A stretch of 63,106 bases of DNA, filler included, from Octopus bimaculoides (taxonomy: Eukaryota): NCBI RefSeq assembly GCF_001194135.2. It is 3 parts of 3 records of this genome, joined end to end, with 100 filler letters (N's around TTAATTAATTAA, not from the genome) between each part and the next. Parts side by side here need not be neighbours in the genome. Positions count along the whole stretch, not along the records: positions 1 to 28,200 come from NC_068981.1; 2 more parts are not named here. The stretch is one strand, 5' to 3'. The notes beneath the pieces were generated by a model that searched no databases, was not told where the DNA came from, and saw nothing but the letters and a program-made list of their open reading frames with translations. This document shows, piece by piece, positions 1-13,201 of this stretch. The position numbers and the translations under genes are program-made. Positions within the stretch are counted from its first letter, which is position 1. Each line of letters starts with the position of its first letter.

Positions 1-280
1 TTTCTTTTAGAGAAACGTTGTCATCTGCTGGTATTGATACATCAATTAGAAAGTATTTTTTTCTTCATGATCTTTGACGACTATATCTGGTTTATTTGCC
101 TTAATTTCTCTATCTGTGTGTATTGGCATATCCCAGACTATGGTTGCTTTCTCGTTTTCTGTGACCTTTTCTGGCGTGTGTTTATACCATCTTTTTTCTG
201 TTGTTATTCCATAGTGTTGGCATAGCTTCCAGTGTATATAGGTCTCAGCTCTGTCGCGTCTGTGAATATATTCCTTCTTC
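1..280 (-). mobile_element. R4/Dong-clade non-LTR retrotransposon, C-terminal (restriction-like endonuclease) fragment; runs off the left edge
   Basis: Minus strand reads KKEYIHRRDRAETYIHWKLCQHYG...WDMPIHTDREIKANKPDIVVKDH, then (frameshifted) LIDVSIPADDNVSLKE, i.e. RHD and PD..D motifs of an RLE. Bases 1-60 match 17948-18007 with about 3 mismatches. Confidence 0.85.
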
Positions 281-354
281 CACAGGCACACGGCGTAATG
301 GTTAAGAGCGCGGGCTACTAACCCCAATATTCCGAGTTCGATTCCAGGCAGTGA

Positions 355-358
<4 letters not shown>

Positions 359-427
<69 letters not shown>

Positions 428-438
428 AACAACAACAA
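359..438. repeat. (TAA)n grading into (CAA)n microsatellite
   Basis: Directly visible. Confidence 0.95.
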
Positions 439-491
439 CTTCGAAAAAATACCTTAGGGATGAGAAGAACCCAGGTTCCATATTCCCACTA

Positions 492-537
492 GACACCTGA
501 TGAAGGCTGGAGGGTATATCAGCCGAAACGTTGTGTT
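492..537 (+). ncRNA. Minimal type I hammerhead ribozyme (PLE-type, predicted to act as a dimer)
   Basis: Stem I GACAC(492-496)/GTGTT(533-537); core CTGATGA(497-503) plus an extra A; stem II GGCTG(505-509)/CAGCC(520-524); GAAA(525-528); palindromic ACGT in place of stem III; cleavage triplet GUU(530-532). Confidence 0.75.
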
Positions 538-1089
538 AACAACAAACAAGATGAGGACAAATATCCGTCGATTGTAAATAATGAAAATAATGAATAATGA
601 ATTCCTATAATTTTGAATAATTCATCTCTTGAAACGTGGGGTGTTTCGCTCATCATCCTNNNNNNNNNNNNNNNNNNNNNNNNNNNNNNNNNNNNNNNNN
701 NNNNNNNNNNNNNNNNNNNNNNNNNNNNNNNNNNNNNNNNNNNNNNNNNNNNNNNNNNNNNNNNNNNNNNNNNNNNNNNNNNNNNNNNNNNNNNNNNNNN
801 NNNNNNNNNNNNNNNNNNNNNNNNNNNNNNNNNNNNNNNNNNNNNNNNNNNNNNNNNNNNNNNNNNNNNNNNNNNNNNNNNNNNNNNNNNNNNNNNATAT
901 ATATATATATATATACATCATTACTCATCGATAACTTCACACAATAAAAATGTATTTCTTGCAGGCCCCGAATATATTTTAGAATAAAATATCAGGAAAA
1001 AAGAACGAGAGTGCGGCAACCGTTTATTAGTCTTCTTGGCATTCTGCAATTAGGTGTAAAGAAGGATTTTTTCAACGAAAATACGTATC

Positions 1090-1335
1090 CATCCATCTAT
1101 CTCTCCGTCCGTCCATTCGTCCGTCCGTCCGTCCGTCCGTCCGTCCGTCCGTCCGTCCGTCCGTCCGTCCGTCCGTCCATCCATTAATCCATTCACCCAT
1201 CCATGCATCTACCTAGCCAGCCAGTCAGCCATCCATTAATCCATTCACCCATTCATCTTCCATCCATCCATCCATCCATCCATCCATCCGTCCGTCCACC
1301 CACCCACCCATCCATACATTCATCCATCCATCTAT
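1090..1335. repeat. Compound tetranucleotide microsatellite (TCCG)n/(TCCA)n
   Basis: Directly visible. Confidence 0.95.
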
Positions 1336-2225
1336 ACACACGTACCTACATATGTATGCATGTTTAATTGTAATCCGTTTGTGCATGTATGTGAGAGTGT
1401 GTGCACGTGTGCATGTGTTCCATCTAAAATGGCTCATCAGCGCTAGTGAGAAATCTTCAAAGCCAAACAACCAGCACTTTCGCATATAAAATAGATTAGA
1501 CATAGAAAAAACTTAATATCATTTAGAGTGAAAAATAAAAGAGTCTAACGGCAAATTTTTTACGGGAATTAGTAGACAGTGCACCGACGAATAAAAATCC
1601 TCCCTACGCCTGTGCATCACAGAAAAATAATGCGATAACAATAAACTGGAGACATGAGATATGTTGCTTCACACGCCTAAATTAATTTATCTATCAGAAA
1701 TAGACAGAACACTAAGCAGCATAAAAAGAACAAGCTACATAGCAAATTTAGGCGCTCATATAGAAACAAAAAATCCGATTAAATAAAAGACCTGACTAAA
1801 ACCACACATTTATGTATTATTAGGCGAAAGCCAAAAGTGTGATGCTGTCATGCGTTTAGTTTCAGAGAGAGTGGCAAAGAGAAAGAGGGAGGAGAGAGAA
1901 ACAACGAGGTTAGCGTTGAGAGATAGGAGTCAGTGATGGCTATTCGATTATATGATTAAATATTTGAAGAAAGAGGTAGAGACATAGAGAGAAAAACACA
2001 AGATCGTGTTTAGCGCAGGATTGTTGTGGTATCATTACTAGAAGAGAGAAAGAGAGAAAGTGAGAGAAAGAGAGAAAGTGAGAGAAAGAGAGAAAGTTAG
2101 AGAAAGAGACAGAGATAGAGAGACAGACTTAGTTTGTGATTACTGAAGGATAGGCTGTCATAAACATTAAATGTCGTATACAATATTGTAACAGAAGAAG
2201 GAGGAATGATGCGGGTAGAACTGTG

Positions 2226-3225
2226 CTATAAGACCTCTACAACAGCAAAGAATAGGTACTTATCTAGTACAGAGGACTGGACGCTGCGACTTGTGTGGAA
2301 ACACGAAAGCAGCAAAAATCCCATCCTATTGTAAAGGAAGCTTGTACATTTGCAAGGGAATCTGGCATTAATTCTGAAATATTTGAAGTACCTGAAACCA
2401 CTGCCACAAAACAAGCAAAACGGAGCAAGAACACTGCACAAAAGAACGGACAGAAACAAATTGAGGAGCAATGTAACCAGAAGCCTCTGCTCGGACAGTA
2501 TATACTTTGAAGTAGAAATGCCGATGTAGATCAAGCATCAGTGGCTGAGAAGTTCAGGCCTGAAAGCAGAGACTGCAGCTTTCATATTGGTAGCACCAGA
2601 TCAAATCTTGCGCACAAAAACTACCAATCTAACGTTCTTCAAAACGGTTCTGACCCTAAAATACAGATTCTGCGACACATTTAACGAAAAAATAGAGCAT
2701 CTCATCTCGAGATATACTTGTGCTGACACCAAACGAATACAAGAATCGCTACTATAGGGTAGGACAATATTTACATTGGAAAATATGTAAACACTACAAA
2801 ATCAGCACTCTTTCATACTGGTATGAACATCATCCTGAGCCAGTCGTTGAAGGTAAAAATGTCACTATCCTCTGGGATTTTCCAGTCAACATCGACAGAA
2901 CGATCCAGGTCAATGGACCAGGTCAATGGATCAGGGAAGAAAACGCTTGTAGACTGATAGATATAAGTGTTCTCATTGATAAAAATGTATCTGTCAAGGA
3001 ATTTGACAAACTAAGTAAATATAAGTACCTGGAAGTTGAAATACAAAAGATGGGGAATCTTAAAACGAGAACTGTTCCTGTTATTTTAGGTGCCCTAGGT
3101 ATAATAAAAAAAAAGGGGATGTCAGAAACATCTAGATAAGATCCCAGGGGAACCATGTCTCAGCGAAATCCAAGAGATTGTGCTGGCAAGCGCTGCCCGC
3201 ATCCTTTGAAGAATCCTATCCATTC
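2226..3225 (+). mobile_element. Degenerate R4/Dong-clade non-LTR retrotransposon, 3' 1 kb (post-RT region, zinc knuckle, RLE)
   Basis: Across frameshifts: KPLLGQY, LRSSGLKAET, RFCDTFNEKIEHLIS (zinc-knuckle remnant), EYKNRYYRVGQYLHWKICKHY, ILWDFPVNIDRTI, CRLIDISV, KLSKYKYLEVEI, VPVILGALG. Same domain order as the copies at 1-280 and 17703-18006, but more diverged. Confidence 0.85.
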
Positions 3226-3278
3226 AAATATCTGTGTTGTTTTGCTTGGAAATATTTCACTAATTCCACGTCCCAAGT

Positions 3279-3925
3279 AAAAGTTGAGCAGAGAATCTAC
3301 AACAAATTTTGCCAAAATCTTGGTGGTACCTGCTCAAAATGTTCAAAAAGTTTTCAAGGTTCTTGACACATTCAAGGAGATCTTGTGCAACTGAAACCCG
3401 AGTGTATTTTTGGTCAGCAGAAACCAGTTTTGGTACAAACTTGGCAGACAAGCGTCTCATACCCAAATAACAGCACATCCTCCGTTAACTCACGGATGGT
3501 GATTCGATGATTTCCTCCCACAGTTGCACGCACATCTGCGATGTTTTTCGCAGTTCTGCTGATTGCGAGTCTCCCAGAACGTTCGTCAATATCGACATTT
3601 TTCGGCCATCTTGGAACGTCTGAACCACTTGTACACCTGTGTGCGGCTCATACACTCCTCTCTATACACTTTCTGTAACTTTTCGTAGGCCTCTCAGCAA
3701 GTATCACCACAACAACTTTCCCTGTCATGGTGAATGCGACGATTATACGCAACACACCTTCCTTCCAAGCACTGCAGTAACAAGTGGAAGTGAGCTAGAT
3801 CGTTAAAACTAAGTGCGCTTGCACAGTAGAGGTCGAGGTCAATGTATGCCAAGTAGCTTTACTCTGTGTGCTTTAGCGTCATTACTATTGGTAACAGTCC
3901 GAATATTTATTGATCAGAACACGTA
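3279..3925 (-). mobile_element. Mariner-family DNA transposon, truncated 5' part with a rearranged N-terminus
   Basis: ATG at 3728, then EAYEKLQKVYREECMSRTQVYKWF, ERSGR and LGMRRLSAKFVPKLVSADQKYTRVSVAQDLLEC. TIR-like end at about 3895-3923 with flanking TA. A plus-strand N-terminal piece lies at 3279-3340. Confidence 0.85.
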
Positions 3926-4099
3926 TATAGATATAAAAAGAGAATAAAAGACTATTCAGATGATGAATATTCATGTATGAATATATACATATTTATAAAT
4001 CAACAAACCCAACTTACACAGACTACAAACACGCAGTTGCCTTCCTCTTTAGCTACTCTTCCATGAAATCTGCCTCCTTTGTGGTTTGATACTTATCTC

Positions 4100-4260
4100 T
4101 TCATCCTGACGAAGAAGGTCGTATCTACTTAACGTTTATATACTTCCTCAACTGGTTGCATGCCCTTGACTTTTTTGCGTTCTACGTCTGCCAATATTAT
4201 GAAGTAATTCCGACATCACAGAAACAGCTGTGAGACCTGTAACTGCATACCTTCTTCCCT
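4100..4260 (+). mobile_element. Possible decayed PLE terminal repeat with hammerhead remnants
   Basis: CTGACGA-A-GAAG...CTT-AACGTT (4106-4136) and GAAACAGCTGT (4221-4231); stems no longer complete. Confidence 0.35.
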
Positions 4261-4648
4261 TAATTTTGTTTCTATTTTGTAAGTCTTTGCTCTGTTAATT
4301 TATAAGTATATATATATATTTGTACATGAATGATCACCGTCTGAATATTTTCAGTCCTTGTTTTCTCTCTATTTACATATGTATAAATATCTATATTTTG
4401 TGTATCTAGCCCTGGCGGCTTTAATGTTTGTTTGCATCATTATCGCCATATCTGCTCAGCTTGATTCTTCTCTTAGCCAGTCTTTACTTTGCTGACTTAG
4501 CCATTTGGGAGTGTAACATGAAATAATTAGAGAGCTACCAAGTGTTCTCTCTATTGTACATCTCTGGATCTCATCTGTTGTCTCTATTTACATCTGTACA
4601 GACGCATACACGGACACCCACAGACACACAGACACACACACACAGACA

Positions 4649-4692
<44 letters not shown>

Positions 4693-6190
4693 GACGCAAA
4701 TATATGCATGTATAAAGAAATAAATAATGTTAGATATAGGGACGAATAATTGTTGTGCCTGGTTTGGTTCTGCGATCGTATATTAGCGTCTCGTAGTTAA
4801 TTTATTTTCTATCTCTCGAACATTCTGTTATAACTTACAAAAATTGTTTCCGCCAGGTACCTTTCTGGTTAAAGTACTGTAGCGATTCACAGCCATCTCC
4901 ATTTTATTATTTCTATGTAAACAATTTGCAATCCTGTTAATAATAGGCGTTCACATATGGTTATCTTCTATAGTAAGTCTTCTTTGTACAACATCTTACG
5001 TACCTTAGACCTGTTCTCTAATATGCTTAGAAAGGCAGAAATCGTGTCTATCTTCCATTGGTAGGATGATAAAAATCTCTACTTGCATTTGATAAGGACA
5101 CAAGCGTTATGTCTATAAGGAATACAGTCTAGTGCTCAATATACGAAACTTGAGACTAGCAAAATTGTACTCAGGAAGAAATTTCACCTACCACTTAATG
5201 GCAAATGCATATCTAAACGACTGCACACATCCTGCGAGAGTCATACCGCTATGCTAAAACACGAAACGGACTGAACTACTGCATATACATGTATCATGGA
5301 CAATACAAAAGCTTGTGCACAATAGCGTAATAATAAATTGTTACGGAAATCTACCAAATTATCCGTTAACGTCTCTCATTTACAACGCACGTTAGATATT
5401 TTCTTAATTTAAAAAGTTTTTTTTTTTATCGATAATAAACACAAGAGCCTCGGACTGTGTTTATGACATGTGTAGTGAAGTTAAAGGTAATGGTTGCTCT
5501 CAGAACTAAAGCCTGCTTTGAATATATTCAAGAACTTTATTACCAATAAAGGAGCCAAAAGTCAAGCAGTTGCGTGTAAAGAGCGTCTGATAAACCAAAA
5601 CACCTCAACTTCAGGTTGAACATAGCAGTTTCACATCATCCTGTTTTATATCGTGCCTGTCGTTTCATTGATAAAGCTATGCTCTCATCTGCATCTATAG
5701 AAACCTGTCAGAATTAAACTAACATTGTGAAAAAATTCAATTCACAGTATAAAGCCAGTAGGTGAATATACAATACTCTAACGTGAAGCAAGCTACACAA
5801 ATTTCGAAACATTTTCACAGATTTAACACACTGACAATTTTCTTGAACTTAGAGTATAATGGATATTCTAGTCATTCCATCTCAGAGCTACAATACCTAA
5901 AGTGATTAAAAATAATATTTCATACTGAATATGAAAGCAAGGAAATGGGATGGACGCCTCGCAAATCTATGTTGCATTATATTACACGATAATGTAAACA
6001 CTGTATCAATGCTCTAATTAAAGCAATGTACATTCAAATAATTTCCAAATGTACTCTTCATCCGGTGCCTTGGGGAGAACTAAGGTGACGGGGAAAAAAC
6101 AATACATGCATACCTACATACATACATAGATACATACATACCTACCTACCTACATACATACATACATACATATATATATATATACATACA

Positions 6191-6217
<27 letters not shown>

Positions 6218-6221
<4 letters not shown>

Positions 6222-6391
6222 GTAGCGGTTAATGAAGTTGTGGTTTTATTGTAAGAATGGCTATGGTGGTGATGATGGTGATGGTGTTTGAAATACTTGC
6301 GTACGGTACCATCGCACAATTGAAAAGTTAATATATATGTAGTAATAAGAATAAAAATCCTTGGATGGAATTTATAAATATTTTTATGCAT
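6218..6391 (-). CDS. Candidate first coding exon: signal peptide followed by poly-His
   Basis: ATG at 6391. MHKNIYKFHPRIFILITTYILTFQLCDG/TVRKYFKHHHHHHHHSHSYNKTTTSLTATY, followed by donor-like GTATGT, which lies inside a (TATG)n tract. No homology recognised. Confidence 0.3.
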
Positions 6392-7558
6392 CACTACGCA
6401 CGTTTTCGCAAATCATACATTTCTTAACACTCCAGTCCGTATTCCATCCAAGGATTATTATTATTCTTACTATATTTATCGCATATTATATTGGCACAGC
6501 CCAGTGTGACATCCTCCCCAAAGAAAAGGTATCGCCATTTGCCATCATTATGCCGTAAGCAGCATGATAGCATCGGAGCTTTTATATGTATATTCTAAAC
6601 GTTTCCCTTAAACTAACTTAAAAGATGTGTGTGTAGGTGTGTGTGTATGTTTGTGTGTGCACAATTACGGTAAATACGGAGATTAATAAATCTGCATACT
6701 TTTTATCGTTATACTGTCATTTGTATTATCATTAAGAGTTTGTCTAACTTGGTATGGCCAATTCCTTTTAGTAATGAGTTTGCCCTCGAACTTATTATTA
6801 TCCCTCTTTGTATTAGCAGCAATCGATATATTCCTATTTTTAAGGGTGTTCTTTTTACCAATGACTGGCCTATTATAGCTTAAACCTCTTATTTATTCTA
6901 AGAGGTTTAACATCATTTACTTTATCATGTTTTCCATTATTATTATTGCTTAAATAACCAATTTGTGGCTAATTCCTTTATTACGATCAATTCCGTTATT
7001 TCCGTCACTGTCTTCAGATATCGTTGTGCGCCTTTCTATTACTATTCTCTGTGTCAGTAACTTCTTACATTCTTCATTAGTATATAGTTCCCAGAACTAT
7101 ATACTAATCCATCGCTAAAGGACCTACTTAAAGGTATAGTACTTACATTTAGAACTTAAACCTAAGGTCGGTTTGAGGTCAACAATATAGTGGTTTTTAA
7201 AGCCATATCAAGTTAGAAAATCTTCCCCTTCCACTCGTTTCTCTCGAAAACTATAATAACCTGGAAAAATAACGTTAGCGAAATATACATAAAATTTGTT
7301 CGCTTTGGACCACATGAGTGGACAAACCTTCAATAAAGTTGCCTAGAACGCTAAGCAGTAGACAAACAATAATTGGATGCAGACAGAATTGCTCGTTTTG
7401 TATACAGCAGAAAGGTACATTGGACAAATTTAAATCAAATATGCTGTAAAATTGGCTGCAGAAGAAATATAATATGTAGATGAATTTCTGTATTCATTGT
7501 AATTGTCTTGGATATACACTCAATAGTATATANNNNNNNNNNNNNNNNNNNNNNNNNN

Positions 7559-7597
<39 letters not shown>

Positions 7598-8285
7598 AAC
7601 ACACAAACACACACACAGACACACACACACAAATACACACACATACACACATATAAGAGATTGCACGGCCGTGTGCCTCTTCATATAAGTGTCCGTTTTT
7701 ATAGATAAACATATATTGATAAAAACAGGTCTGTTTTGGCAAGATATTTGTTGCTATATTACTTGAAATACTTCAAGGATTCTATATAACGATTATTAAA
7801 ATTATGTAGCATTTCGGTGTAGTGGAACATGTTTTAGAAATAGGAAATTAATTCCAGAAGGGTGAAATTGAAGTATAGGATGTAATTAGTGTCTAGTCCA
7901 GATATATCATTTATCATACATACATAGATAAACATACATATATTTATATGCTTCATGTAAGATTTAAGAGAAATATGTACATAAAACTAAGAAATTAATT
8001 TTCAGAATCCGACAGTTTTAATTTAATGTGTCAACAACTATTTCAGTTCATTGCTTATTAATCGTGTAGTTTTAATTTACAAGCCTTTTACATTATGAAA
8101 TTCATGTCAACTATATTATATTTATAAACTAATGACTGTCGCACGCTAAGTTACTTATATTTAATCACCTTGCCCTCAGTTGGATATAATTATCACCACA
8201 ATGCATACGGAGAAATGTCATAACAGCTAAAGCGTCATACACACACGCACACACACACATACACACACACACACATATACACACA

Positions 8286-8339
<54 letters not shown>

Positions 8340-9079
8340 TACAGAAATACACATAAGTGAAGAGCTGATGGTAAATGATGCCTTCATATTTTTTCATTGA
8401 TTTTACAAAGAACANNNNNNNNNNNNNNNNNNNNNNNNNNNNNNNNNNNNNNNNNNNNNNNNNNNNNNNNNNNNNNNNNNNNNNNNNNNNNNNNNNNNNN
8501 NNNNNNNNNNNNNNNNNNNNNNNNNNNNNNNNNNNNNNNNNNNNNNNNNNNNNNNNNNNNNNNNNNNNNNNNNNNNNNNNNNNNNNNNNNNNNNNNNNNN
8601 NNNNNNNNNNNNNNNNNNNNNNNNNNNNNNNNNNNNNNNNNNNNNNNNNNNNNNNNNNNNNNNNNNNNNNNNNNNNNNNNNNNNNNNNNNNNNNNNNNNN
8701 NNNNNNNNNNNNNNNNNNNNNNNNNNNNNNNNNNNNNNNNNNNNNNNNNNNNNNNNNNNNNNNNNNNNNNNNNNNNNNNNNNNNNNNNNNNNNNNNNNNN
8801 NNNNNNNNNNNNNNNNNNNNNNNNNNNNNNNNNNNNNNNNNNNNNNNNNNNNNNNNNNNNNNNNNNNNNNNNNNNNNNNNNNNNNNNNNNNNNNNNNNNN
8901 NNNNNNNNNNNNNNNNNNNNNNNNNNNNNNNNNNNNNNNNNNNNNNNNNNNNNNNNNNNNNNNNNNNNNNNNNNNNNNNNNNNNNNNNNNNNNNNNNNNN
9001 NNNNNNNNNNNNNNNNNNNNNNNNNNNNNNNNNNNNNNNNNNNNNNNNNNNNNNNNNNNNNNNNNNNNNNNNNNNNNNN

Positions 9080-9117
<38 letters not shown>

Positions 9118-12100
9118 CATATATGTATATCAACCGAAATGGGGTTCGTTAATTTCCCAGCGAAGATAGTCCTACTCCTGCCCTTGTACAGGAAAGTGGA
9201 ACCAAAGAAATAGATGAGATATTTAGCGAAAGGCTGAGGTGTTTCTTTTAGAAAGGATTTTCCTCAAAACTTAGTTATATAAGCTCCTTTATTTGTGTGC
9301 TGTCATTGATTTTGAAACCAAAACGTATGAAAAGTGATCCCAGCGATATTTGACTAGCAGTCACGCATTAATGGATGTCTAAATTTGATACAGCTAACTA
9401 TCAAGACCATTTAAAACAAAAACAAAAACAAACAAAAACTCAGGGCATTTGCAATTTGTCATATCTAATGTTATTGGAGGTCTGCAACCAGTACATGGGC
9501 CAGTTCTCTTCATTTATATGTCAGCACTCTGATTACATCAATTGGAAAATGGAAACAACTCAGTTATAGTTATATAATCATTTATTTTTACTTGAAAATA
9601 ACAACATCTGTCGCTGTATGACCAAGTTTTCCGATCTGCCACTATTCCTATGATAAATCTGCATAGCATCTGCTTAAAAAAGTAATTCATCATCAACTAT
9701 CCATCGATATAAATTTCCGAAGGGAAGATGAGACAGAACTGGAACATAGAATAGCATGTAGACGACGGGTATTAACGGAATTTAAGAACATAAACAACAT
9801 TTCATTCGAAAAATGTATGCTAATTACACGTCTGTCTTTATAGACCTGTTATCCATATAAACTGCAAACATATGGACAAATGAAACAGTAGAAGAATTTC
9901 TATTGGAAGAAATAAAACAAAAACACAACCACCGATTTCTATTCATCGTCGCATACTTCCTCACATTTATATATTCATTACTAGCTTAACTGAAAAATGA
10001 GAGTCTGAATCATTCCAAAACTGAATATGTATAACAGCATTTTATTCAAAACATTAAAACATACTGTTCATACATATGAAAGACAAATCCACTGTTTCTG
10101 GTTGAAATTGTCAAAGTCATTATAAAATGAGTTCGAAAAAAAAAAAAAAAAACATAAATGGGTTCCCATGTCTCTCGTAATATTAGAATAACGTCCTAAA
10201 GATAACATAGGATTCATGAGCTCGTAAGGAAATGATAACATGATATGCATGAATAGAATTGGCATATTTATCATCCTACTGCGCAAATATGTGTTTATAT
10301 AATTAGTCTCAAAATCCATCGAACACATTCCAAAATATGTCGCTAATATAATACAATCAGTAATTCACGATTTTCATTGCTCATAATCTATCAACTGACA
10401 TAATGGCTATATATCAATTCTGAAAAACTTCAAGAACACTTTTCATTTACACGAAAGCTTTTATCATATTTTCTCATCGTACACTGTATCTAATTTAGGT
10501 TTCAATTTTAGCAACGGTGTTCGGAGATATTTAGTTGTTATTCATCGATCTTAACAGGAAGTATAGTTAATTTATCTTCAAATAATTAAAAGCAGAGTTG
10601 GCATCGGCGGTATTTGAACTCTAAACAGGAAGAGTCAGAGAAAGTAGCCCAAAACAATTTCCCAGGAAAATAAATACATTTATCTCGCCACTGCAATAAA
10701 CCTCTGTTGCGACAATCTGTGATAAATGTTTTAAAAAAGTGTCAATCAGTAACTGAATAACTGCAAATAACAAAAGGTGAGACTATTTCAAATAATAAAT
10801 CACGATAATTTCATTGAAATTGTTCCAAATACTTAATGTATTTGAAAGTTTCAATAATACAAATTTAAGTATTCACTGAGTTTCGCTCTTTCTACAATTA
10901 AGAAATGCTTAAAGAGGATGTAAAACGAAAGTGGAAGTTGCACCCAGCTTCAATACCTTGTCTTGAATATAATAACAGTTACGTTCTCATCACCCGCCGC
11001 ACATTTCGCGATAGAATTATTAGGCTTTCTCTATTGCTGGTAAAATAATGCAGATGATAAGCAATGAAATAAGGCTCACTGATCCAAATCAGAACGAGTA
11101 TACGCGACGATCCAATATATACAATGATTTTATTCTTTTAAACGGTTCATTTATTCGGGCATCCACCAGCCTAAAACACTAATCTGAAAATTTTAGTTTT
11201 GAAATGTTTACACAATCAGATCAATCCCAGACGTAGAACCTTTATTGTCAGTCTTTTTTATTTTTTTCTCGCTCTAAAGTGCTAATATATAGCGATAGAA
11301 ACATGTCCACACCGGTTGTCATGCAGTTACCGGTAATTATAATTTCATGCTCTCTTTCTCCACCCTCCTCCCCTCTCTCTCTCTCGCTCGCTCCCTTACA
11401 CGCACAAACACGAACACACTCACACATGCACGAGCACACACACACTCATGCACATGTATGTGTATATGTGTGTTTGTATGTGCGTCAAATCGGCTTTCTC
11501 ACAATTTGCATCTATTTACGAAACAATAAAAACTTGCATATAGAAGCGTTCACGAATTTACTGTAAATTGTCTTATCTAATTCGCAATTAAAATCATCTT
11601 TACTCTCAAGTGTTTGCATATTAATATTGATATTGCATCAGTCGTTTTTTTTGTATTCGACCTCATTGAATATGTGACATCAATTAATTAAATATTTAAA
11701 AGGCATTCTTTTGAACAAGGAGTCGATCCTACTGAAGTCCTGCCAGATAATATTATACAGAATTGTCTTTAATTTTTTAGTAACATTTTGGATCGCACCT
11801 GAGGAGTGCAAATATTACTTTAAAGATATCTTCTTCAGAATATATTGTGTATATATTCTAAATTAAAAGCTGTCTCTAATATTCCCTATAGAATTTAATA
11901 CAATTTCCAGATAACATTATATAATATAATTATACAATTTAATTTCTATTATTCGAAATACCTGTAGTAGATAGGAACAATTTAATTTTGACAGAATAAT
12001 AAACCGAAATTTCAATATGTTGTATGTAATATAACTTCGATTATTTTTCACAAGATTTATCCTTCATAAGTAAAGTATAAATGATTTGCTAGAAAGTGAT

Positions 12101-12229
12101 GCACACCCACAAAATACAAGTAAGATGATTTTGTCCTGTCATTGTGTACACATAATTCCTTTAATATCCGATATTATTACTTATGCTCACTACAATGAAA
12201 GTTTTCACTGATGCTTTCTTTGGACACCT

Positions 12230-12269
<40 letters not shown>

Positions 12270-13135
12270 GAGTTATTAATATTTCTAAGTCTCTCTGTTC
12301 GAAGGTTATATATATATATATATATTGGTACAAAATAACTGGATTTATAAATACGTATGGATGTATATCGGTTGATTTCGACGATTAATTTAAAATGTTT
12401 ACCTAACGGAAGTTTTTGTTCATTAAATTAGCATGTAACTAACTGAGGCTTCTCAAAAGTCTTGCTCATTTCACTCGCTATTTTACACTAGCTCGTTATT
12501 CAACAATTTCTCTGACGTAATATTCTAGTGTAACATTAGTTTTATTCCACTTGTAGTCATTACGTAAACTCTGTATAATGTTTCCTAATAGTGGGTTAAT
12601 CACTTATTTAACTATACAAGAACATTTTACTTTCTTCTTGAACCATGTTCTGTTTCTTTTATAACAATTATCTCCACCGCTATTCCTACTCTTTTCCTTC
12701 AATGATAATGTATTCCTCCTTTTTGTCTGGCCATCTGACATTACTTACTGCTTTATTGTGGGCTTGACCACAAGTTTAACAACAAGTTAGCTTCCACAAC
12801 GTTGGTTTTAAATTTCCATTCGCTCATTGATCGTATTGTTTTATCCCTGTTCCTTTCTTATTAGACTGCAGAAGTCCTCACATTTTCTAGATTTGATTCG
12901 TTTCTCTCTCAACTGTATATACATTCGAGCACTACTACAAAAACCGCATTTATCAGTCTGCTCTTCATGCGGATACCCAAACTTATTGTAATATCTCCAC
13001 GTGCCTGGTTACCGGTCAGTTACATATTTGCGTTCTTCTGGGCTTCCCGAAACAGCTGTCAAGGTCAGAAATAATGCATTTCTACATTTTACAATATATA
13101 CATACAGACATATATGCATGCATATATACATAATC

Positions 13136-13201
<66 letters not shown>

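Larger units (their letters stand above)
286..628 (+). mobile_element. SINE-like element: tRNA-derived head + (TAA)n + hammerhead-containing 3' module
   Basis: A-box-like CGGCGTAATGG (291-301), anticodon-like arm GGG-CTACTAA-CCC, B-box GTTCGATTC (336-344), (TAA)n from about 359, hammerhead at 492-537, short AAATAATG-type repeats at the 3' end. Confidence 0.65.

Noticed and set aside
286-358. Possible tRNA gene with anticodon ACT
   Set aside because: No proper acceptor stem or terminator and an imperfect anticodon stem; better explained as a SINE head.
9161-9238. Open 78-nt segment EDSPTPALVQESGTKEIDEIFSERL with an acceptor
   Set aside because: Weak donor (GTGTTT), no recognisable homology, and a length attainable by chance.
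11281-11333. Possible 53-nt exon with MSTPVVMQLP and a GTAATT donor
   Set aside because: Splice-like sites are common in AT-rich DNA; there is no independent support.
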